Shown: positions 1-12,908 of the stretch, piece by piece | How positions within the stretch are numbered: the first letter of the stretch is position 1 | Layout: every line of letters starts with the position of its first letter | From: Octopus vulgaris | Taxonomy: Eukaryota | Direction of reading: 5' to 3' | Length of the DNA: 64,000 nt | NCBI GenBank assembly: GCA_951406725.2 | Contig: OX597818.1 | Coordinates: 125,178,001-125,242,000, forward strand | Made by a program: the position numbers and the translations under genes | The notes under the pieces: model-generated | What the model saw: the letters and a program-made list of their open reading frames with translations, nothing else | Told to the model about the DNA's origin: nothing | Database searches by the model: none

Positions 1-174
1 TCCGATGGCCGGATAACTGAAGAGATGGCGGCGTGGATTTCCACCCCGACATCCGGAACACGGAGTTTTATCATGGCTACCGAATAATTTTCACATATTA
101 CATGTACAGATAAATTCCTCTATTTACATAATATCGAGGTCTCTTTCATTCTTTTGTTGTCTTCCCATTTTTAT

Positions 175-213
<39 letters not shown>

Positions 214-242
214 TTGGAAGGTTTGGAGATGATGTACAGATG

Positions 243-286
<44 letters not shown>

Positions 287-436
287 TATATATATATATA
301 GAGAGAGAGATTAGAAATGGGAACTGAGATAATAAATTGAACAATTAAAACTTGAATCATTAAATGATAACTTCCATTAAATTATTTTATCATTTTATAC
401 AAATGACACATCTCGTAAATTACAGCTGTATATATA

Positions 437-480
<44 letters not shown>

Positions 481-635
481 TAGATAGATAGGTAGATGTG
501 TGTGTATGGATAAGTATATATAAGTATATATGTAATTGAATGTATGTATGTGTGTATATATATATATACATATATATATATATAATTATTTTTTAAATTT
601 TGCTTATACATAGCTGGATTGTAACGTTACATGTT

Positions 636-680
<45 letters not shown>

Positions 681-714
681 ATTATACGCATATAAATTTG
701 TATATGCATGTATT

Positions 715-759
<45 letters not shown>

Positions 760-984
760 GTATGTGTACGTATGTATGCATTTATGTATGTATATGCATT
801 ATATGCACACAAATGCACACATAATATACGAAAGTCCTCATCTCTATTAAATTCACTCACAAGGCATTGGTTGATCCAGAGCTATAGCAGAAAACACTTG
901 TCTTAGAAGAACTGAAGCGCAATCCACATTTTTGGAAGGCGATCTTCTTAACTTACACAATCATGCTTACGCCTCTGCATCGTT

Positions 985-1312
985 AATAAAACTAATTGCT
1001 TTCTATAAAAATCTCACTAATCTTAACTTTAATACATAATTCGTTTCCGAAGAACCTAAGAGACCTGCATGGGGTGGATGCAGATGTCTTTAAAATAAAA
1101 CTGGATCTCTTCTTGTCAGGTGTCCCAGATGAACCAACTTCATGGCAGGAGGTGCAAATGAGGGCAGCTGCATCGAACTCTCTCATGCACCAAATAGCAT
1201 TTGCTAAAAAGCATTCGTTAAGTAAAATCATGTAGCAACACCAAATGGCGGTGCCCCAGCATGGCCACAGCTTGTGAGCTGATACTAGATAAAAATAAAA
1301 TAAAATTTAAAA
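985..1312 (+). mobile_element. 3' end of a CR1-group LINE (ORF2 C-terminus + 3' UTR + A-rich tail)
   Basis: ORF 996-1235 reads NSFPKNLRDLHGVDADVFKIKLDLFLSGVPDEP...RAAASNSLMHQ, typical of CR1-group ORF2 ends. It is followed by GGCGGTGCCCCAGCATGGCC, hairpin CAGCTTGTGAGCTG and a (TAAAA)n tail. Confidence 0.7.
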
Positions 1313-1390
1313 GAAAAAAATAATTCGAATTTATTTTTGTCCTGCATCTCCAGTGTGAGTCGAAGTCTAAGCGATAGAAAGAGAGTGAGA

Positions 1391-1430
<40 letters not shown>

Positions 1431-1457
1431 GAGAGAGAGAGAGACGATTCTTTAGAC

Positions 1458-1693
1458 CAGTGTTTCTCAACAACCATTTTTTTACCTATGGAACCATTGT
1501 ATTCCTATTATGCTCGGATGTATCCTCCTAGTCATTCGATGTTTAAAAAATCCTAGGTTTAGAACAAAATGTTTTTTGTTTTTAAATTTTGTGTATTGTA
1601 GAAGTATAACTAATTTATTGGGGATAAATTTTAACAGCAATATCTTGTATGGGGCCCCGCAAAAGTCATATGGACGCCGGGTAAGTACTACTG
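1458..1693. mobile_element. hAT (Charlie-like) MITE, degenerate
   Basis: Starts CAGTGTTTCTCAAC, ends ...TACTACTG; imperfect 8-bp flanks ctttagac/tgctagac; internal similarity to the 59308-59806 copy. Confidence 0.6.
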
Positions 1694-1854
1694 TGCTAGA
1701 CCATCAACGATTACGGTTTTACACTTGTAAAGAGAGATAAATATGTTTCAGAGTTATTTCCCTTCGTTCGTTAGCAGTTTATATTTAAACTGGTTACACG
1801 CAATAGGTGAGAGAAGTTCATTGCCATGTATATAGGTACATACTCACGGGCGCG

Positions 1855-1901
<47 letters not shown>

Positions 1902-2000
1902 GCACACATACACACACGCTCGCAAGTATACATACATACATACAACCATATATGCATTCTCTCTCTCTCTCTCTCTCACTAACACACACACACATATATA

Positions 2001-2371
2001 TACTCTTTTACTTGTTTCAGTCATTTGACTGTGGCCATGCTGGAGTACCGCCTCTAGTCGAGCAAATCAACCCCAGAACTTATTCTTTGTAAGCCTAGTA
2101 CTTATTCTATCGGTGTTTTATGCCGAACCGCTAAGTTATGGGGACGTAAACACACCACCATCGGTTGTCAAGTGATGTTGAGGGGGACAAACACAGACAC
2201 ACAAACATATACACACATATACATATATATATATATATATATATACATATATATTTCAGTTTCCGTCTACCAAATCGGGTCGATACTAGCCCACGGTGTC
2301 ACGCAGTGGGACCGAACCCGGAATCATGTTATTCACAAGCAAGCTACTTACCACACAGCCACTCTTACGCC
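2001..2371 (-). mobile_element. tRNA-derived SINE family A (internal microsatellite)
   Basis: Reverse complement of the family A head, body and tail seen in many copies; head partly rearranged. Confidence 0.85.
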
Positions 2372-2504
2372 TATCTTTGCCTTTCATCCTTTCGGGGTCG
2401 ATGAATAAAGTACCAGTTTTGCACTGGCGTCGATATGATCGACTTAATCCGTTTATCTGTCCTTGTTTGTCCTCTCTGTGTTTAGTCCCTTGTGGGTAGT
2501 AAAG

Positions 2505-2549
<45 letters not shown>

Positions 2550-3107
2550 TACATATATATAAAAGCTGGAGGTGGAAATAGCACAGAAGTAAGTCTAAGA
2601 CATAAGAGGGAATTTAATAAAAAAAAAAATGATTTAAAAAACATATAAAAAAAAAATATTACCGGTTACGATGAATCTCATCAAATATCAGTAAATATTT
2701 ATAAAAATTTGAAGTAAAAACAGTTTATCTTCTGTCCGAGGTTTAAGAACATGTCTGGAGATTTTCGACGGCTCCATTTAAACGAACCATGCAAGCATTA
2801 GATTAATTTGAAATACACCGCCTTCTTCGGACGCATATGGCCTTAAAGGTTTTCAACATACAGGATACTCCTTTATAATTTTTAGCAATTATTTCTGTGA
2901 TAACGATCCCTATTGATCAATTTTTGTCCTTCCCCTCCCTCCATTTTATAAAAAAAATTTATTCCCCGCTTTTTTTGACCTCTTTCTTTCCCTTTACGAT
3001 CCCATTTGATCGAAAACCAAACCCCCTTTTTTTTTTACCCCCAAAAGAAAAGCTCTACCTTGTAATTTGTCCTGTCTGTGTGCAGCCCTGTGTGGCTAAT
3101 AAAGAAA

Positions 3108-3205
<98 letters not shown>

Positions 3206-3331
3206 CGTAACCTAAGATTTACGGACACACACATTTATATATTAATTTAAACATACATTAAAATATCATCGTATTTATATCGTACAATATATATTTATAC
3301 ACAGTTCTACCTCTATTTATGTAAATGTATA

Positions 3332-3729
3332 CGTGGCTGTGTGGTAAGTAGCTTGCTTATTAACCACATGGTTCCGGGTTCATTCCCACTGCGCGGCACC
3401 TTGGGCAAATGTCTTCTACTATAGCCTCGGGCCGACCAAAGCTTTCTGAGTGGATTTTATAGACGAAAACTGAAAGAAGCCCGTCGTATATATATGTATA
3501 TATATGTATGTGTGTGTATATGTTTGTGTGTCTGAATTTGTCCTCCAACATCGCTTGACAACCGATGGTGGTGTGTTTACGTCCCCGTAACTTAGCGGTT
3601 CGGCAAAAGAGACCGATAGAATAAGTACTGGGCTTACAAAAAATAAGTCCTGGGGTCGATTTGCTCGAGCATGGCCGCAGTCAAATGACTGAAACAAGTA
3701 AAAGAGTAAACGAGTAAAGAGTAAAGAGT
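3332..3729 (+). mobile_element. SINE family A
   Basis: GTGGCTGTGTGGTAAG (A-box-like), GGTTCATTCCC (B-box-like), CCTTGGGCAA (CORE-like), tail CAGTCAAATGACTG-(AAAGAGT)n. Confidence 0.9.
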
Positions 3730-3904
3730 ATATATATGTACGTGTATTCATATATGCATATCGATATATATGTAGACGCTATATATTCATACTCCATATA
3801 TATATTTCTGCGTGTGGGTATATCTGTGTGTGTTTGTTTGTGTACGCATATGTGCCTGTGAGTGTGTGCGCATTTATTTCTTCTGCGTGTCATGGCTGCG
3901 TGTA

Positions 3905-3949
<45 letters not shown>

Positions 3950-5150
3950 ATGTATGTATGTATGCAACTATGTATGTATGTATGTATGTATGTATGTATG
4001 TATGTATGTATGTATGTATGTATGTATTATCTCTCTTTCTCTCACTCTATCTCTATCTATCTATCTGATTGTACAAATTTGATTTTATATATACGCGAAC
4101 AGACTCGCATAAAGAAGTATACACACCCCGTGTGTTTGAGATCATGCATGCATACATACATGTTTACACATATACATACATACATACACACATACATACA
4201 TAAATACATACATTCACACATTCATATATACATACATGCATACATACATGCACATACATACATATATATATATACATGCATACATTCATACATACATACG
4301 TACATACATACATACATACATACATACATACATACATGCATACACACATACATACATACATACATACTACATACATACATACACACATACATACATACAT
4401 ACATACATACATACATACATACATACATACATACATACATACATACATACAAAATTGCTGTGCGCCCTGTTTGAAAATTATTTATAAACCAAACCGGGTT
4501 GAAACACTTAACATTTCGCTGTTTGATGATTGCCTTTCAAAACAGACCCTACAAAACGAGGTTAAAAAGTTATATTTGGAGATATTCGACGACGCTGGCT
4601 TCTTTATTTTTATTTTTGTTTTTGTTTTTTATACTCCGTCCATCATTCTGTTCGTTTATTCATGTTTATATACCAGTGTAAAGGAATACGCAAGGAAGGA
4701 ACACGCAGCTGTTGGGAATCCGTATGGGGCACAGCTGTTGGGAATGCAGAGTTATGGTTCTTAGGTGGTACTGTGTTGAATGCCATCCATAACGGCGCTT
4801 GCCGTGTCTTGGGTTTGAGAAACGATGTAGGGGGCGGGACACAGGTGTTTTGAGAAAACGTGTGAGGTTATGTGTGTTGCATATGTCTGTCTGCCTGTCT
4901 GTCTGTCTGTCTGCCTGTCTGTCGGTATGTATGTATGTATGTATGTATGTATGTATGTATGTATGTACACGCATGCCCACACACACACGCACACACACAC
5001 ACACACTTATATATGGATATCCTGGCTTGTGATTGTATGAGCCAGCATGAATCGGACTGAAAAGAAAAACAGAAGACTGTGTATGTACACTGGTGGACCG
5101 TGAGATGAATCAGAGTCCAACATTTTGGGTGGAGTCTGAGAGTCGGAATG

Positions 5151-5194
<44 letters not shown>

Positions 5195-5617
5195 CAATTA
5201 GTCAATATAGGGTAGCAAAAAATTCAATAGAAATTTATCGCCACCAGCGGTCTAGTGAGAAAGAGAAAATAGTCATAGACTATATATATAAATTCAACAT
5301 CAATTGAGGAATGGCCTTAATAGGCCATTCGACCCACTAGAAAGAGCAGCCAGGACTCAAACCGCCAAGTAGTAGTAATTCAGAAATTAAAGGAAAATTT
5401 AAAAACATTTACCCTAATTCATCTTTAGACAATGCATTGTTTCGGTGTTTTTAATGGCAAACCAGCTTAATTAAATTAAATTAAGTCAATTGTTGTTGAA
5501 TTTATATATATATGTATATATAGTCAATGATAATAAGGGTAAAATTAATTAATTAGTAATTAATAATTTTACCAACCAGTGTTGAGTATGTAAAAAGACC
5601 ATTTACGGTATATTTAA

Positions 5618-5945
5618 AACATTACTTTATATAATTAGGGTTCAACAAAAAAATTTTACTTTACCACACACCGAACTTTTAGAAATAGCAGCCAAAGAAT
5701 TTAGCTATTTCCTCTAATATAAGAAGAGTCTCCCAGACAGCGTATACTCAACAACAATTCACGTAGGCATATGCCTAAATTATTTGGCTGCTATATGCCT
5801 ACGTGAATTGTTTTTGAGTATACATTGTCTGGGAGACTCTTCTTATATTAGAGGAAATAGCTAAATTCTTTGGCTGCTATTTCTAAAAGTTCAGTGTGTG
5901 GTAAAGGAAAATTTTTTTGCTGAACCCTTATTATATAAAGTAATG

Positions 5946-5947
<2 letters not shown>
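5618..5947. repeat. Long inverted repeat (155-bp arms, 20-bp spacer) abutting (TA)n
   Basis: 5618-5772 is the reverse complement of 5793-5947 with a few mismatches. Confidence 0.95.
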
Positions 5948-6011
<64 letters not shown>

Positions 6012-6147
6012 GAAAGAAGGTTTGAAAATGCAATTTAAAAGATGTTTATTCACTCTACCGGTTTCACTCTTTGGAAAAAGATTGTCAAAAGTAACATGTA
6101 GAAGTTTGGTTGCATTGATTATTGGTTGTTGCAAATTGCTACATTAC

Positions 6148-6248
<101 letters not shown>

Positions 6249-6272
6249 GTGTGTGTGTGTGTGTATATATGT

Positions 6273-6460
6273 ATATGAGAGTGTGCTGAAAAGTTCCTGG
6301 CTTTGGGTAAAAGAAAAGAAAATGACGAGGATGAGTTAATGATTTTATTCAACATATTCCCCTCTCAAATTCACATACTTATTGCAGCAGTCCTTCAGTT
6401 TTTCTAAACCCGGGTAGAAGAACTCGGAATGTTGGGCATCCAACCAAACCATTCGCAACA
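6273..6460. mobile_element. mariner terminal fragment
   Basis: TA-TGAGAGTGTGCTGAAAAGTTCCTGG terminus, also seen at ~8531; resembles the TIRs at 22470/23646. Confidence 0.55.
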
Positions 6461-6464
6461 ACCA

Positions 6465-6625
6465 CAGGAGTGGCTGTGTGGTAAGTAGCTTGCTTACCAA
6501 CCACATGGTTCCGGGTTCAGTCCCACTGTGTGGCATCTTGGGCAAGTGTCTTCTGTTATAGCCTCGGGCCTACCAATGCCTTGTGAGTGGATTTGGTAGA
6601 CGGAAACTGAAAGAAGCCTGTCGTG

Positions 6626-6693
<68 letters not shown>

Positions 6694-6893
6694 TGTGTCT
6701 GTGTTTGTCCTCCTAGCAATGCTTGACAACCGATGCTGGTGTGTTTACGTCCCTGTAACTTAGCGGTTCAGCAAAAAAGACCGATAGAATAAGTACTGGG
6801 CTTAGAAAGAATAAGTCCCGGGGTCGATTTGCTCGACTAAAGGCGGTGCTCCAGCATGGCCGCAGTCAAATGACTGAAACCAGTAAAAGAGTA
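6465..6893 (+). mobile_element. SINE family A
   Basis: Near full-length head, (TA)n(TG)n body and tail. Confidence 0.9.
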
Positions 6894-6938
6894 ACCTTAA
6901 AGTCTTGAACTTTTGAGCACCCACATTGTACAAATACA

Positions 6939-6976
<38 letters not shown>

Positions 6977-7145
6977 ATAAGCATTGAAATAGACGAGTAG
7001 CGAGTAAGGAAATGAAGTTTACAGTTCATTTTTCCGAGGGTATGGATTAGCACATTTCCTTATTTCCTTACTCTGTACTCTTCTATTTCATTGCTTGTTA
7101 TCTGCGTATTTTCCATGTCTAGATCTCTCATATGTTTTTCTACAT

Positions 7146-7221
7146 GTCTCTGATGACGGAATACCCGATATCCTGGCATACTCGCCTATCACTTGGGATA
7201 TCCCAGAAACAGCTGTAAGAC
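7146..7221 (+). ncRNA. Type I hammerhead ribozyme motif (Penelope-like)
   Basis: GTCT-CTGATGA-[helix II, imperfect]-GAAAC-AGCT-GTA-AGAC; helix I GTCT/AGAC; palindromic helix III ACAGCTGT. Confidence 0.65.
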
Positions 7222-7326
7222 CTCAACTAATTTAAGAATAACAATGTATATGTCTTGAGATGCTTTTTATGCCTTGGCGTTTGTTGTCCACTTTCACACA
7301 CACACACGCGCCTGTCGTATATACAT

Positions 7327-7373
<47 letters not shown>

Positions 7374-7377
7374 AATA

Positions 7378-8167
7378 CAGGGTGCGATGGGTATTTTTGT
7401 TTTTTATTTTGTCGGATACACAGTATAGTAGGGTCATTTGGGCACCGTCTGTGCGAAAAACAACACCATGACAATTCATTCCGCCAAAAATTTGGAAACG
7501 ATATGCTGAATTGCTTGACATTCGCACCGGAAGCTCTAATACGAACATTTCAGAGTGTTTGGGTGTCAATCTGAGGACATGTGCCGAGAGTGATAAAAAT
7601 CAAACATCCAGTCAGTACATGGTGTTTGGAGTGATCACTAATGATGGCGACGTTATGCCTCTATCTATCTTCTTACACGGCCTCAGATTCAACACGGAGG
7701 CCTACATCAGGTGCCTGAACGAGGTAGTGCTGTCCTGGGTCAAGAGGGTGGCTACTGGAAGACCCTGTGTCTGGCAACAGGACTCTGTACCATGCCACAC
7801 AAGCAGATCAACCCAGTCATGGCTGTCAGACAATTTTTGCGACCACATCATCTGGCCATCTAACTCCCTAGACTTCAACCCCCTTAATTATTATGCATGG
7901 AGCGCAGTTGATCGAGAGACCTACAAAACTCCTTGTAACACGAAAGATGAACAGAAGGTAAGAATTATGGCAGCGTTCACCAACTTAAACAAGTAGAGCG
8001 TCCAGTAGAGTTGCAGGGGATTCCGAAAATGTCTGGAGGCCGTGGTTAAAGCCAATGGCAATTTTATTGAATAAATTTACTCTTTCGTATTTCAAGATAT
8101 TTTAATGTAATTTTGGTAAATATATCTATTAAAATGAGATGTCAGTGTTATTTTCTTTTTGCATCCT
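7378..8167 (+). mobile_element. Tc1/mariner (DD37D/maT-like) internally deleted transposon remnant
   Basis: ORF 7511-7996 contains MVFGVIT...WQQDSVPCHTS...WPSNSLDFNPLNYYAW; ends TA-CAGGGTGC and GCATCCTA-TA. Confidence 0.75.
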
Positions 8168-8183
8168 ATATATATATATATAT

Positions 8184-8385
8184 AGTTAATCCAAACATGA
8201 AAACATAAAGATAAAACACAATAACGCGAGGACGTGGAACAAGTATAGTGTTATTGGACGCTCAGGAAAGGAAAGAAAGAAGGAGGACGTAACGTTTCGA
8301 GCGGAGCTCTTCGTCAGAAACATAGGAAAAGGTTAGGAAGGGAAGACGGATGAAAAAATCGCCAAAGATACACACACGGTCACAT
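8184..8385 (-). mobile_element. Penelope-like terminal module P1 with hammerhead motif (8289-8321)
   Basis: Reverse complement reads GTTT-CTGACGA-AGAGCTCCGCTC-GAAAC-GTT and ends GGATTAAC(TA)n, as at 38370-38583. Confidence 0.7.
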
Positions 8386-8448
8386 ACATATAAATATATA
8401 TATATATATAATATATAATTAATTAATAAGGGTGAGAGAATTAGATAC

Positions 8449-8520
<72 letters not shown>

Positions 8521-8979
8521 GTATATAAACCCGAGGGGGTGCTGAAAAATTCCTGGCTTTGGGCTAAAGAAAATACAGGAGGATCAGTTAAGGAAGACCA
8601 AAGGTAGAGACTGGAACAAGTTCAATAAGCAATTGTTTTGTCTTGTGCAGGAAGTAGGTTTTATAGGTGTTATTTAGGATTTACTCCACGGTGATAATGG
8701 GACTTACCTCTAAAGACTTTAAAGTGTTCACAGAAACTTCGAGTGTTTAATTCAAGTAACAAGAAATAGAACACGCAGTCGATTTTAACATCAGAGACAT
8801 CCTACCTAACAATTTTAATGAAGTAACTTGTACATTGGCGCGACTTTCAGAAAACTATTCAAGTTAAACGATCTATTACGGTAGACCTAAATTTCTATTG
8901 GGAAAAACTAGGGGCTTGTAAAAAGAAACCAGAGCTGCCAAACACTCATACATAATTTTATTTTTTAGTTAGTACTATT

Positions 8980-9206
8980 CTTTCTTTTCTTTCTTTTCTT
9001 TTACTTATTTCAGTCATTTGACTGCGGCCATGCTGGAGCACCGCCTTTAGTCGAGCAAATCGACCCCGGGACTTATTCTTTGTAAGCTCAGTACTTATTC
9101 TATCGGTCTCTTTTTGCCGAACCTCTAAGTGACGGGGACGTAAACACATCAGCATCGGCTGTCAAGCAATGCTAGGGGGGACAAACACAGACACGCAAAC
9201 ACATAT

Positions 9207-9237
<31 letters not shown>

Positions 9238-9380
9238 CATATATACGACAGGCTTCTTTCAGTGTCCGTCTACCAAATCCACTCACAAGGCATTGGTCGG
9301 CCCGGGGCTATAGCAGAAGACTGAACCCGGAACCATGTGGTTGGTTAGCAAGCTACTTACCACACAGCCACTCCTGCGCC
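8980..9380 (-). mobile_element. SINE family A
   Basis: Ends CACTCCTGCGCC (head, reverse complement); small internal deletion in the CORE-like part. Confidence 0.9.
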
Positions 9381-9397
9381 TATACATACATCCATAC

Positions 9398-9480
<83 letters not shown>

Positions 9481-9484
<4 letters not shown>

Positions 9485-10745
9485 CACCATACAGCACAAC
9501 GGTTCAACATCAGCCGCCTTCCAAGTAAAAAACGGGGTAAAGCAAGGCTGTGTCCTCGCTCCTACATTGTTTGGCATCTTCTTCTCACTCTTGCTGTCAC
9601 ATGCCTTTCAGACATCAGATGATGGAGTGTTTCTGCACAGTAGAAGTGACGGGAAACTGTTCAATCTCTCGCGCCTGCGTGCCAAGACCAAAATCAGAAA
9701 CGTCCTGATCAAGGAGATGTTATTTGCTGATGATGCCGCTCTGGTAACACACACAGAAGAAGCCCTCCAAAGGCTCATTAACTGTTTTGAGCAAGCATGT
9801 AACGGCTTTGGCTTAGCTATCAGCCTTAAGAAGACCAACATCATGGGCCAGGCTACATCGGACATCCCAAACATACATATTGGAGACCACAGATTACAAG
9901 AGGTGGAGCAGTTTACCTATCTGGGCTCTACCGTCACCTACAGCCTATCCCTTGACGCTGAGCTCAATATACGCATTGGCAAGGCAGCTGCTGCGATGGC
10001 CCAACTCTCCAAACGGGCTTGGGACAACAATAAGCTGACCAAGGCCACAAAAATGAAGATCTACCAGGCATGTGTACTCAGCACTCTACTGTATGGAAGC
10101 GAGACCTGGACGCTATACACACGCCAAGAGCGTCGCCTAAACATCTTTCACCTGCGCTGCCTCCGAAAAATCCTCCACATCAAATGGCAGAATCATATCC
10201 CCAACAAAGATGTCCTCAGGCAAGCAGGAATACCAAGCATGTTTGCACTCCTCACACAAAGACGTATGAGATGGCTTGGGCATGTTAGCCGTATGAAAGA
10301 TGGCAGAATCCCCAAGGACATACTCTACGGAGAGCTTGCTAGGGGTACTAGGTCTGTGGGTAGACCGATCTTACGTTACAAGGATGTTTGCAAAAGGGAT
10401 ATGAAGGCCTGCAACATCAACATTAGCGGTTGGGAGGCAGTCGCCGGCAACCGTGGAGAATGGCGACGTACAGTAAAAGAGGGTATACAGAGGAGTGACA
10501 GAAAGAGAGAGGAGAAATGGAAAGAAAGGAAGAGACATAAACAAGAGACAAAAGCACTACAACCAGCCAGGAACAGTCTTCGCTACATTTGCAGTACCTG
10601 CCAGAGGGAGTGTTTGTCCAGGATAGGACTACACAGCCACAGCAAGAAATGTAACAGGAAATAAAATATAACAGCCGGACTAGACCTAGAAAAAAAAAAA
10701 AAAAAATGCGCAACTCCATTGTCTCCCGAGACAGAAAGGATGCCA

Positions 10746-10750
<5 letters not shown>
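9481..10750 (+). mobile_element. 5'-truncated RTE-clade LINE inserted in (TA)n
   Basis: Sharp GC-richer block between two long (TA)n tracts; RT ORF followed by a short 3' UTR ending GACAGAAAGGATGCCAAACAA. Confidence 0.93.
9483..10664 (+). CDS. RTE LINE reverse transcriptase C-terminal half (5'-truncated, open frame)
   Basis: GVKQGCVLAPTLF, LFADDAAL, FTYLGS, LLYGSETW, RMRWLGHV and C-terminal CxxC..H..C motifs; no stop from 9483 to 10664. Confidence 0.9.
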
Positions 10751-10820
<70 letters not shown>

Positions 10821-11477
10821 ATAATTTCTTAGTTTTACTTGTTGCATTAAATTAAATGAAAAGAATATTTTACTGAATTATATGTGATGTTGATCAAAGG
10901 ATATTTTTTCCTGCATATTTCTTTCGATAATTAAATTAATTTATCTGCATAAAAAACCTATTTTTACCTTCCTCTGAAAAAACTAAGTAAATAAAAGTGA
11001 AATATCAATCGTATTGTTGGTGTGTGTATGTGTGTATATATGTGCGTATATATGAATGAATGTATGTTTATGTATGTATGTATCTAATTATAAATATATG
11101 CATGTGTGTGTACGTACGTATTTATGTGGAAATATATATATATATATACATATACATGATTGCATACATACAAAAATACATGCATACATACATACATACA
11201 TACATACATACATACATACATACATACATACATACATACATACATACATACATAAATACATACATACAGACGGACAGACAGACAGATGGACAGGCAGACA
11301 TGTATGAAATTATGAATAATATGAGTGTACACGAGAGTGTTAAACTATTTGTAGCGTAAACTTGACACAGAATGACATGATGTTTCAAACTAACCGGCTA
11401 GTTTGTTATCAATCTATCTTCTGATATATTTTGCCGACAGCACCATATTTCTCTCTTCATTACACGCACACTCGCAC

Positions 11478-11558
<81 letters not shown>

Positions 11559-11589
11559 GCGCGCGTATGTGTATATATATATTATATAC

Positions 11590-11621
<32 letters not shown>

Positions 11622-12591
11622 GACATATATATATATTACATATATAATATATATATAATATATATATATTATATATACATATACATAGATATATATGTGT
11701 ATACACACACACACAAACATATACGTGTATATATATTATAAATATATATTTATATATATACGTGTGTGTATGTGCGCGCGTATATTTACACACACACACA
11801 AACACACATACACACATATATCTATGTGTGTGTATTTGTAAAAGATTCTGACACCATATTTACATGGGCGACACTTGTCTCTTTAAACTGTAGACAACAT
11901 TAATTTGACATTGTCGACACTGCCATATTTAAACTTCCGACATCTTGCTTCCTTGTTAGTGCCAAAACCACGTAATTTAGCTCTGAGCAAACGGTTTAAC
12001 GCTTTACCAAAAAGACCAGAGAAGACAGAAAAATAAAATTATAGGTCCCTGAAACTGACCCATTTTTTTTTCCATAGATAAATACACTGTTGCCGGCTTA
12101 TGATCATAGGGTGTCAGCACGCCAATAATGGCTGTTTGGAATGTTTGCTAAATACACTGTTACTTAACTATTGGTGACTTTTTGCTCTTGTTTACGCTAC
12201 ACTCGAGTTAGAGTGAGTAGACCTACAATAAAAAAAAAATACAACCCAAAAGCAAAATACGAAAAAAACCCATTCAATAGGCTCAGGCGTGACTGTGTTG
12301 TAAGAAAATTCCTTCCTAACCACATGTTCAAATTCCGCCGAGGTCGACTTTGCCTTTCATCCTTTTGGGGTCGATAAATTAAGTACCAGTTACGCACTGG
12401 GGTAGATGTAATCGACTTAAACCCTTTGTCTGTCCTTGTTTGTCCTCTCTATGTTTAGCCCTTGTGGGCAATAAAGAAATAAGAAAAAATATCTACGTAT
12501 TCTTACTGCCTTGAATACTTAGATGAGCTACAACAGCATTGCACACTTATCGATATATATCCTTACATTATTCATAACCCACGTTGAGGGT

Positions 12592-12908
12592 GAAGGCGCG
12601 TAGCTTAGTGGCTTGGGAAGTGGGTACTCGGCTCACGATTGTAAGATCATGAGTTCGATTCCTGGCGGCACGTTGCGTCATTGAGCAAGACACTTTATTT
12701 AATGTTGTTCCAGTTACACTCAGATGGCAAAAATGAGTTATACCTGTAATCCAAAGGGCCAGACTTATCACTCTGAATCTCCCTTAGAACTACGTTAAGG
12801 GTACACGCGTCTGTGGAGTGCTATCCACCTACACGTTAATTTGACGAGCAGGCTGTTCCATTGATCTGTTCAACTGGAATCCTCATCGTCGTAACCGACG
12901 GAGTACCA
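12592..12908 (+). mobile_element. tRNA-derived SINE (older family C relative)
   Basis: tRNA-like head (GAGTTCGATTCC), TTGAGCAAGACACTTT core, same 3' tail as family C; approximate TSD taacccacgttgag/taacccacactgag. Confidence 0.75.
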
